A stretch of 64,000 bases of DNA from the human T2T-CHM13v2.0 reference genome, Homo sapiens. Under the pieces are notes generated by a model. It was given only the letters and a program-made list of their open reading frames with translations, ran no database searches and was not told where the DNA came from. Positions within the stretch are counted from its first letter, which is position 1; each line of letters opens with the position of its first letter. Shown here in pieces: positions 40,046 to 51,852 of this stretch. The stretch is from NCBI RefSeq assembly GCF_009914755.1, contig NC_060935.1; one strand, given 5' to 3'. Both the position numbers and the translations under genes were made by a program.

Positions 40046-41396
40046 ATACCTTCACGTAAAAACTCAAGAGAAGCATTCTCAGAAACTTCTGTGTGATGAT
40101 TGCATTCAGGTCACAGAGTTGAACCCTCCATTTGATTGAGCAGTTTGGAAACTCTCTTTTTGTAGGATCTGTAAGAGGATATGCGGACTTCTTTGAAGAT
40201 TTCTTTGGAAACGGGAATATCTTCACAGAAAAACTATACTGAAGCATTCTCACAAACTTCTTTGTGATGTTTGTGTTCGAGTCACACAGTTTAACCTCAC
40301 TTTTCACAGAGCGGTTTTGAGACACTCCTTTCGTAGGATCTGCAAGTGGACATGTGGAGCGCTTCCAGGCCTGTGGTGGAAAAGGAAACATCTTCACATA
40401 AGAACTAGAGAGAATTATTGTCAGAAACTTCTTTGTGATGATTGCATTCAACTCACAGAGTTGAAGATTCCGTTTGAAACAGCAGTTTCGAAACAGTCTT
40501 TCTGTGGGATCGGCCCGTGGATATTTGGACCTCTTCGAAGATTTCGTTGGAAATGGGATAAACTTCACATAAAAGCTAAACCGTAGCATTCTCAGAAACT
40601 TCTTTGTGATGTATGCATTCACCTCACAGAGTCGAACTTTCCCTCTGATACAGCACCTTTGAAACGCTCGTTTGCTAGAATCTGCAGGTGGACATTTGGA
40701 GGGCTTTGTGGACTGTGGTGGAAAAGGAAATATCTTCTCATAAAAACGACATAGAAGCACTCTCAGAAACGACTCTGTGATGATAGCATTCAACTCATAG
40801 GGTTGGACATTCATTCCTTTTGAGAGAGCAGTTTGGAAACACTCTTTTTGTTGAATCTGCAAGTGGAGATTTGGACCCCTTTGAGGCCTATGGTAGTAAA
40901 GGGAAGAACTTCATATAAGAACTAGACAGTAGCACTCTCAGAAAATTCTTTGTGACGATGGAGTTTAACTCAGAGAGCTGAACATTCGTTTTGATGGAGC
41001 AGTCTCCAAACACACTTTTGGTAGAATCTGCAAGTGTAAATTTGGACTTCTCCGAGGATTTCGTTGGAAAGGGGATAAACTTCCCAGAAGTAATCGGAGG
41101 CATTCTCCGAAACTTCTTTGTGATGTTTGCATTCAACTCAAAGGGTTGAACCTTCCTTGCATAGTTCAGCTTTCAAACACTCTTTCTGTAGAATCTGCAA
41201 GTGGATATTTGCACCACTTTGTGGCCTTCCTTCGAAACGGGTATATCTTCACATCAAACCTAGACAGAAGCATTCTCAGAATGTTTCCTGTGAGGACTGC
41301 ATTCAACTCACAGAGTTGAACAATCCTGTTGACGGAGCAGTTTCGAAACTCCCTTTCTTTGGAATCTGCAAGTGGATATGTGGACCTTTTTGAAGT

Positions 41397-41413
41397 TTTC
41401 GTTGGAAACGGGT
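41397..41413 (+). promoter_or_regulatory. Intact CENP-B box in 12-mer monomer 11 (W3 type; representative)
   Basis: TTTCGTTGGAAACGGGT matches all core positions. Confidence 0.9.
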
Positions 41414-44400
41414 TCATCTTCACATAAAAACTAAACAGAAGCATTCTCAGAAACTAGTTTGTGATGTTTGTGTTCAACTTCCGGAATTGAACTTTACTCT
41501 GGAAAGAGCAGCTATGAAACGCTCTTTTTCTAGAATGTGCAAGTGGACATTTGGAGGGCTTTGAGGCCTGCGGTGGAAAGGGAAATATCTTCACACGAAA
41601 ACTAGATAGAAACATTCTCAGAAACCACTTTGGGATGACTGTATCGGACTCACAGAGTTGGACATTCCTATGGATAGAACAGTTTGTAAACACTCTTTTT
41701 GTAGAATCTGCAATTGGAGATTTGGACGGCTTTGAGACCTACGGAAGTAAAGGAAATAACTTCACATAAAAACCAAACGGAAGCATTCACAGAAAATTCT
41801 TTGCGATGATTGTATTTAACTGAGAGAGCTGAACATTCATTTAGATGGAGCAGTTTCCAAAGACACTTTTTGTAGGATCTGCAGGTGGATATTCGGACCT
41901 CTCTGAGGATTGCGTTGCAAACGGGATAAACTTCCCAGAACTACACGGAAGCATTCTCCGAAGCTTCTTTGTGATGTTTGCATACAACTCACAGAGTTGA
42001 ACCTTCCTTTCATAGTTCAGCTTTGAGACAGTCTTTTGGTAGAATCTGCAGGTGGATATTTGGACCACTGTGAGGCCTTCGTTCGAAACGGGTATACCTT
42101 CACGTAAAAACTCAAGAGAAGCATTCTCAGAAACTTCTATGTGATGATTGCATTCAGGTCACAGAGTTGAACCCTCCATTTGATTGAGCAGTTTGGAAAC
42201 TCTCTTTTTGTATAATCTGTAAAAGGATATGCGGACTTCTTTGAAGATTTCTTTGGAAACGGGAATATCGTCACAGAAAAACTAAACTGAAGCATTCTCA
42301 CAAACTTCTTTGTGATGTTTGTGTTCGAGTCACACAGTTTAACCTCGCTTTTCACAGAGCGGTTTTGAGACCCTCCTTTCGTAGAATCTGCAAGTGGACA
42401 TGTGGAGCGCTTCCAGGACTGTGGTGGAAAAGGAAACATCTTCACATAAGAACTAGAGAGAAGCATTGTCAGAAACTTCTTTGTGGTGATTGCATTCAAC
42501 TCACAGAGTTGAAGATTCCGTTTGAAACAGCAGTTTCGAAACAGTCTTTCTGTGGGATCTGCCCGTGGATATTTGGACCTCTTCGAAGATTTCGTTGGAA
42601 ATGGGATAAACTTCACATAAAAGCTAAACCGAAGCATTGTCAGAAACTTCTTTGTGATGTTTGCATTCACCTCACAGGGTCGAACTTTCCCTCTGATACA
42701 GCACCTTTGAAACGCTCGTTTTCTAGAATCTGCAGGTGGACATTTGGAGGGCTTTGTGGACTGTGGTGGAAAAGGAAATATCTTCTCATAAAAACGACAT
42801 AGAAGCACTCTCAGAAACGACTCTGTGATGATAGCATTCAACTCACAGAGTTGGACATTCATTCCTTTTGAGAGAGCAGTTTGGAAACACTCTTTCTGTC
42901 GAATCTGCAAGTGGAGATTTGGACCGCTTTGAGGCCTATGGTAGTAAAGGGAAGAACTTCATATAAGAACTAGACAGTAGCACTCTCAGAAAATTCTTTG
43001 TGACGATGGAGTTTAACTCAGAGAGCTGAACATTCGTTTTGATGGAGCAGTCTCCAAACACACTTTTGGTAGAATCTACAAGTGGAAATTTGGACTTCTC
43101 CGAGGATTTCGTTGGAAAGGGGATAAACTTCCCAGAAGTAATCGGAGGCATTCTCCGAAACTTCTTTGTGATGTTTGCATTCAACTCACAGGGTTGAACC
43201 TTCCTTTCATAGTTCAGCGTTCAAACACTCTTTCTGTAGAATCTGCAAGTGGATATTTGCACCACTTTGTGGCCTTCCTTCGAAACGGGTATATCTTCAC
43301 ATCAAACCTAGACAGAAGCATTCTCAGAATGTTTCCTGTGAGGACTGCATTCAACTCACAGAGTTGAACAATCCTGTTGATGGAGCAGTTTCGAAACTCC
43401 CTTTCTTTGGAATCTGCAAGTGGATATGTGGACCTCTTTGAAGATTTCGTTGGAAACGGGTTCATCTTCACATAAAAACTAAACAGAAGCATTCTCAGAA
43501 ACTACTTTGTGATGTTTGTGTTCAACTTCCGGAATTGAACTTTCCTCTGGAAAGAGCAGCTACGAAACGCTCTTTTTCTAGAATGTGCAAGTGGACATTT
43601 GGAGGGCTTTGAGGCCTGCGGTGGAAAGGGAAATATCTTCACATGAAAACTAGATAGAAGCATTCTCAGAAACCACTTTGTGATGATTGCATCGGACTCA
43701 CAGAGTTGGACATTCCTATGGATAGAACAGTTTGTAAACACTCTTTTTGTAGAATCTGCAATTGGAGATTTGGACGGCTTTGAGACCTACGGAAGTAAAG
43801 GAAATAACTTCACATAAAAACCAAACTGAAGCATTCACAGAAAATTCTTTGTGAGGATTGTATTTAACTGAGAGAGCTGAACATTCCTTTAGATGGAGCA
43901 GTTTCCAAACACACTTTTTGTAGGATCTGCAGGTGGATATTCGGACCTCTCTGAGGATTGTGTTGGAAACGGGATAAACTTCCGAGAACTACACGGAAGC
44001 ATTCTCCGAAACTTCTTTGTGATGTTTGCATACAACTCACAGAGTTGAAACTTCCTTTCATAGTTCAGCTTTGAGACAGTCTTTTGGTAGAATCTGCAGG
44101 TGGATATTTGGACCACTGTGAGGCCTTCGTTCGAAACGGGTATACCTTCACGAAAAAACTCAAGAGAAGCATTCTCAGAAACTTCTGTGTGATGATTGCA
44201 TTCAGGTCACAGAGTTGAACCCTCCATTTGATTGAGCAGTTTGGAAACTCTCTTTTTGTAGAATCTGTAAGAGGATATGCGGACTACTTTGAAGATTTCT
44301 TTGGAAACGGGAATATCTTCACAGAAAAACTATACTGAAGCATTCTCACAAACTTCTTTGTGATGTTTGTGTTCGAGTCACACAGTTTAACCTCGCTTTT

Positions 44401-47400
44401 CACAGAGCGGTTTTGAGACCCTCCTTTCGTAGAATCTGCAAGTGGACATGTGGAGCGCTTCCAGGCCTGTGGTGGAAAAGGAAACATCTTCACATAAGAA
44501 CTAGAGAGAAGCATTGTCAGAAACTTCTTTGTGGTGATTGCATTCAACTCACAGAGTTGAAGATTCCGTTTGAAACAGCAGTTTCGAAACAGTCTTTCTG
44601 TGGGATCTGCCCGTGGATATTTGGACCTCTTCGAAGATTTCGTTGGAAATGGGATAAACTTCACATAAAAGCTAAACCGAAGCATTGTCAGAAACTTCTT
44701 TGTGATGTTTGCATTCACCTCACAGGGTCGAACTTTCCCTCTGATACAGCACCTTTGAAACGCTCGTTTTCTAGAATCTGCAGGTGGACATTTGGAGGGC
44801 TTTGTGGACTGTGGTGGAAAAGGAAATATCTTCTCATAAAAACGACATAGAAGCACTCTCAGAAACGACTCTGTGATGATAGCATTCAACTCACAGAGTT
44901 GGACATTCATTCCTTTTGAGAGAGCAGTTTGGAAACACTCTTTCTGTCGAATCTGCAAGTGGAGATTTGGACCGCTTTGAGGCCTATGGTAGTAAAGGGA
45001 AGAACTTCATATAAGAACTAGACAGTAGCACTCTCAGAAAATTCTTTGTGACGATGGAGTTTAACTCAGAGAGCTGAACATTCGTTTTGATGGAGCAGTC
45101 TCCAAACACACTTTTGGTAGAATCTACAAGTGGAAATTTGGACTTCTCCGAGGATTTCGTTGGAAAGGGGATAAACTTCCCAGAAGTAATCGGAGGCATT
45201 CTCCGAAACTTCTTTGTGATGTTTGCATTCAACTCACAGGGTTGAACCTTCCTTTCATAGTTCAGCGTTCAAACACTCTTTCTGTAGAATCTGCAAGTGG
45301 ATATTTGCACCACTTTGTGGCCTTCCTTCGAAACGGGTATATCTTCACATCAAACCTAGACAGAAGCATTCTCAGAATGTTTCCTGTGAGGACTGCATTC
45401 AACTCACAGAGTTGAACAATCCTGTTGATGGAGCAGTTTCGAAACTCCCTTTCTTTGGAATCTGCAAGTGGATATGTGGACCTCTTTGAAGATTTCGTTG
45501 GAAACGGGTTCATCTTCACAAAAAAACTAAACAGAAGCATTCTCAGAAACTACTTTGTGATGTTTGTGTTCAACTTCCGGAATTGAACTTTCCTCTGGAA
45601 AGAGCAGCTACGAAACGCTCTTTTTCTAGAATGTGCAAGTGGACATTTGGAGGGCTTTGAGGCCTGCGGTGGAAAGGGAAATATCTTCACATGAAAACTA
45701 GATAGAAGCATTCTCAGAAACCACTTTGTGATGATTGCATCGGACTCACAGAGTTGGACATTCCTATGGATAGAACAGTTTGTAAACACTCTTTTTGTAG
45801 AATCTGCAATTGGAGATTTGGACGGCTTTGAGACCTACGGAAGTAAAGGAAATAACTTCACATAAAAACCAAACTGAAGCATTCACAGAAAATTCTTTGT
45901 GAGGATTGTATTTAACTGAGAGAGCTGAACATTCCTTTAGATGGAGCAGTTTCCAAACACACTTTTTGTAGGATCTGCAGGTGGATATTCGGACCTCTCT
46001 GAGGATTGTGTTGGAAACGGGATAAACTTCCGAGAACTACACGGAAGCATTCTCCGAAACTTCTTTGTGATGTTTGCATACAACTCACAGAGTTGAAACT
46101 TCCTTTCATAGTTCAGCTTTGAGACAGTCTTTTGGTAGAATCTGCAGGTGGATATTTGGACCACTGTGAGGCCTTCGTTCGAAACGGGTATACCTTCACG
46201 AAAAAACTCAAGAGAAGCATTCTCAGAAACTTCTGTGTGATGATTGCATTCAGGTCACAGAGTTGAACCCTCCATTTGATTGAGCAGTTTGGAAACTCTC
46301 TTTTTGTAGAATCTGTAAGAGGATATGCGGACTACTTTGAAGATTTCTTTGGAAACGGGAATATCTTCACAGAAAAACTATACTGAAGCATTCTCACAAA
46401 CTTCTTTGTGATGTTTGTGTTCGAGTCACACAGTTTAACCTTGCTTTTCACAGAGCGGTTTTGAGACAATCCTTTCGTAGAATCTGCAAGTGGACATGTG
46501 GAGCGCTTCCAGGCCTGTGGTGGAAAAGGAAACATCTTCACATAAGAACTAGAGAGAAGCATTGTCAGAAACTTCTTTGTGGTGATTGCATTCAACTCAC
46601 AGAGTTGAAGATTCCGTTTGAAACAGCAGTTTCGAAACAGTCTTTCTGTGGGATCGGCCCGTGGATATTTGGACCTCTTCGAAGATTTCATTGGAAATGG
46701 GATAAACTTCACATAAAAGCTAAACCGAAGCATTGTCAGAAACTTCTTTGTGATGTTTGCATTCACCTCACAGAGTCGAACTTTCCCTCTGATACAGCAC
46801 CTTTGAAACGCTCGTTTTCTAGAATCTGCAGGTGGACATTTGGAGGGCTTTGTGGACTGTGGTGGAAAAGGAAATATCTTCTCATAAAAACGACATAGAA
46901 GCACTCTCAGAAACGACTCTGTGATGATAGCATTCAACTCACAGAGTTAGACATTCATTCCTTTTGAGAGAGCAGTTTGGAAACACTCTTTCTGTCGAAT
47001 CTGCAAGTGGAGATTTGGACCGCTTTGAGGCCTATGGTAGTAAAGGGAAGAACTTCATATAAGAACTAGACAGTAGCACTCTCAGAAAATTCTTTGTGAC
47101 GATGGAGTTTAACTCAGAGAGCTGAACATTCGTTTTGATGGAGCAGTCTCCAAACACACTTTTGGTAGAATCTGCAAGTGGAAATTTGGACTTCTCGGAG
47201 GATTTCGTTGGAAAGGGGATAAACTTCCCAGAAGTAATCGGAGGCATTCTCCGAAACTTCTTTGTGATGTTTGCATTCAACTCACAGGGTTGAACTTTAC
47301 TTTCATAGTTCAGCGTTCAAACACTCTTTCTGTAGAATCTACAAGTGGATATTTGCACCACTTTGTGGCCTTCCTTCGAAACGGGTATATCTTTACATCA

Positions 47401-50400
47401 AACCTAGACAGAAGCATTCTCAGAATGTTTCCTGTGAGGACTGCATTCAACTCACAGAGTTGAACAATCCTGTTGACGGAGCAGTTTTGAAACTCCCTTT
47501 CTTTGGAATCTGCAAGTGGATATGTGGACCTCTTTGAAGATTTCGTTGGAAACGGGTTCATCTTCACATAAAAACTAAACAGAAGCATTCTCAGAAACTA
47601 CTTTGTGATGTTTGTGTTCAACTTCCGGAATTGAACTTTCCTCTGGAAAGAGCAGCTACGAAACGCTCTTTTTCTAGAATGTGCAAGTGGACATTTGGAG
47701 GGCTTTGAGGCCTGTGGTTGAAAGGGAAATATCTTCACATGAAAACTAGATAGAAGCATTCTCAGAAACCACTTTGTGATGACTGCATCGGACTCACCGA
47801 GTTGGACATTCCTATGGATAGAACAGTTTGTAAACACTCTTTTTGTAGAATCTGCAATTGGAGATTTGGACGGCTTTGAGACCTACGGAAGTAAAGGAAA
47901 TAACTTCACATAAAAACCAAACGGAAGCATTCACAGAAAATTCTTTGCGATGATTGTATTTAACTGAGAGAGCTGAACATTCCTTTAGATGGAGCAGTTT
48001 CCAAACACGCTTTTTGTAGGATCTGCAGGTGGTGATTCGGACCTCTCTGAGGATTGCGTTGGAAACGGGATAAACTTCCCAGAACTACACGGAAGCATTC
48101 TCCGAAAGTTCTTTGTGATGTTTGCATACAACTCACAGAGTTGAACCTTCCTTTCATAGTTCAGCTTTGAGACAGTCTTTTGGTAGAATCTGCAGGTGGA
48201 TATTTGGACCACTGTGAGGCCTTCGTTCGAAACGGGTACACCTTCACGTAAAAACTCAAGAGGAGCATTCTCAGAAACTTCTGTGTGATGATTGCATTCA
48301 GGTCACAGAGTTGAACCCTCCATTTGATTGAGCAGTATGGAAACTCTCTTTTTGTAGAAACTGTAAGAGGATATGCGGACTTCTTTGAAGATTTCTTTGG
48401 AAACGGGAATATCTTCACAGAAAAACTATACTGAAGCATTCTCACAAACTTCTTTGTGATGTTTGTGTTCGAGTCACACAGTTTAACCTCGCTTTTCGCA
48501 GAGCGGTTTTGAGACACTCCTTTCGTAGAATCTGCAAGTGGACATGTGGAGCGCTTCCAGGCCTGTGGTGGAAAAGGAAACATCTTCACATAAGAACTAG
48601 AGAGAAGTATTGTCAGAAACTTCTTTGTGATGATTGCATTCAACTCACAGAGTTGAAGATTCCGTTTGAAACAGCAGTTTCGAAACACTCTTTCTGTGGG
48701 ATCGGCCCGTGGATATTTGGGCCTCTTCGAAGATTTCGTTGGAAATGGGATAAACTTCACATAAAAGCTAAACTGAAGCATTCTCAGAAACTTCTTGGTG
48801 ATGTTTGCATTCACCTCACAGAGTCGAACTTTCCCTCTGATACAGCACCTTTGAAACGCTCGTTTTCTAGAATCTGCAGGTGGACATTTGGAGGGCTTTG
48901 TGGACTGTGGTGGAAAAGGAAATATCTTCTCATAAAAACGACATAGAAGCACTCTCAGAAACGACTCTGTGATGATAGCATTCAACTCACAGAGTTGGAC
49001 ATTCATTCCTTTTGAGAGAGCAGTTTGGAAACACTCTTTCTGTCGAATCTGCAAGTGGAGATTTGGACCGCTTTGAGGCCTATGGTAGTAAAGGGAAGAA
49101 CTTCATATAAGGACTAGACAGTAGCACTCTCAGAAAATACTTTGTGACGATGGAGTTTAACTCAGAGAGCTGAACATTCGTTTTGATGGAGCAGTCTCCA
49201 AACACACTTTTGGTAGAATCTGCAAGTGGAAATTTGGACTTCTCGGAGGATTTCGTTGGAAAGGGGATAAACTTCCCAGAAGTAATCGGAGGCATTCTCC
49301 GAAACTTCTTTGTGATGTTTGCATTCAACTCACAGGGTTGAACCTTCCTTTCATAGTTCAGCATTCAAACACTCTTTCTGTAGAATCTGCAAGTGGATAT
49401 TTGCACCACTTTGTGGCCTTCCTTCGAAACGGGTATATCTTCACATCAAACCTAGACAGAAGCATTCTCAGAATGTTTCCTGTGAGGACTGCATTCAACT
49501 CACAGAGTTGAACAATCCTGTTGATGGAACAGTTTCGAAACGCCCTTTCTTTGGAATCTGCAAGTGGATATGTGGACCTCTTTGAAGATTTCGTTGGAAA
49601 CGGGTTCATCTTCACATAAAAACTAAACAGAAGCATTCTCAGAAACTACTTTGTGATGTTTGTGTTCAACTTCCGGAATTGAACTTTCCTCTGGAAAGAG
49701 CAGCTACGAAACGCTCTTTTTCTAGAATGTGCAAGTGGACATTTGGAGGGCTTTGAGGCCTGCGGTGGAAAGGGAAATATCTTCACATGAAAACTAGATA
49801 GAAGCATTCTCAGAAACCACTTTGTGATGATTGCATCGGACTCACAGAGTTGGACATTCCTATGGATAGAACAGTTTGTAAACACTCTTTTTGTAGAATC
49901 TGCAATTGGAGATTTGGATGGCTTTGAGGCCTACGGAAATAAACGAAATAACTTCACATAAAAACAAAACGGAAGCAATCACAGAAAATTCTTTGCGATG
50001 ATTGTATTTAACTGAGAGAGCTGAACATTCCTTTAGATGGAGCAGTTTCCAAACACACTTTTTGTAGGATCTGCAGGTGGATATTCGGACCTCTCTGAGG
50101 ATTGCGTTGGGAAAGGGATAATCTTCCCAGAACTACACGGAAGCATTCTCCGAAACGTCTTTGTGATGTTTGCATACAACTCACAGAGTTGAACCTTCCT
50201 TTCATAGTTCAGCTTTGAGACACTCTTTTTGTAGAATCTGCATGTGGATATTTGGACCACTGTGAGGCCTTCGTTCGAAACGGGTATACCTTCACGTAAA
50301 AACTCAAGAGAAGCATTCTCAGAAACTTCTGTGTGATGATTGCATTCAGGTCAGTGAGTTGAACCCTCCATTTGATTGAGCAGTTTGGAAACTCTCTTTT

Positions 50401-51852
50401 TGCAGAATCTGTAAGAGTATATGCGGACTTCTTTGAATATTTCTTTGGAAACGGGAATATCTTCACAGAAAAACTAAACTGAAGCATTCTCACAAATTTC
50501 TTTGTGATGTTTGTGTTCTAGTCACACAGTTTAACCTCGCTTTTTACAGAGCGGTTTTGAGACACTCCTTTCGTAGAATCTGCAAGTGGACATGTGGAGG
50601 GCTCCCAGGCCTGTGGTGGAAAAGGAAACATCTTCACATAAGAAGTAGAGAGAAGCATTGTCAGAAACTTCTCTGTGATGATTGCATTCAACTCACAGAG
50701 TTAAAGATTCCGTTTGAAACAGCAGTTTCGAAACACTCTTTCTGTGGGATCGGCCCGTGGATATTTGGACCTCTTTATAGATTTAGTTGGAAATGGGATA
50801 AACTTCACATAAAAGCTAAACCGAAGCATTCTCAGAAACTTCTTGGTGATGTTTGCATTCACCTCACAGAGTCGAACTTTCTCTCTGATACAGCACCTTT
50901 GAAACGCTCGTTTTCTAGAATCTGCAGGTGGACATTTGGAGGGCTTTGTGGACTGTGGTGGAAAAGGAAATATCTTCTCATAAAAACGACATAGAAGCAC
51001 TCTCAGAAACGACTCTGTGATGATAGCATTCAACTCACAGAGTTGGACATTCATTCCTTTTGAGAGAGCAGTTTGGAAACACTCTTTCTGTCGAATCTGC
51101 AAGTGGAGATTTGGACCGCTTTGAGGCCTATGGTAGTAAAGGGAAGAACTTCATATAAGAACTAGACAGTAGCACTCTCAGAAAATTCTTTGTGACGATG
51201 GAGTTTAACTTAGAGAGCTGAACATTCGTTTTGATGGAGCAGTCTCCAAACACACTTTTGGTAGAATCTGCAAGTGGAAATTTAGACTTCTCCGAGGATT
51301 TCGTTGGAAAGGGGATAAACTTCCCAGAAGTAATCGGAGGCATTCTCCGAAACTTCTTTGTGATGTTTGCATTCAACTCACAGGGTTGAACCTTCCTTTC
51401 ATAGTTCAGCGTTCAAACACTCTTTCTGTAGAATCTGCAAGTGGATATTTGCACCACTTTGTGGCCTTCCTTCGAAACGGGTATATCTTCACATCAAACC
51501 TAGACAGAAGCATTCTCAGAATGTTTCCTGTGAGGACTGCATTCAGCTCACAGAGTTGAACAATCCTGTTGACGGAGCAGTTTCGAAACTCCCTTTCTTT
51601 GGAATCTGCAAGTGGATATGTGGACCTCTTTGAAGTTTTCGTTGGAAACGGGTTCATCTTCACATAAAAACTAAACAGAAGCATTCTCAGAAACTACTTT
51701 TTGATGTTTGTGTTCAACTTCCGGAATTGAACTTTCCTCTGGAAAGAGCAGCTATGAAACGCTCTTTTTCTAGAATGTGCAAGTGGACATTTGGAGGGCT
51801 TTGAGGCCTGCGGTGGAAAGGGAAATATCTTCACATGAAAACTAGATAGAAG

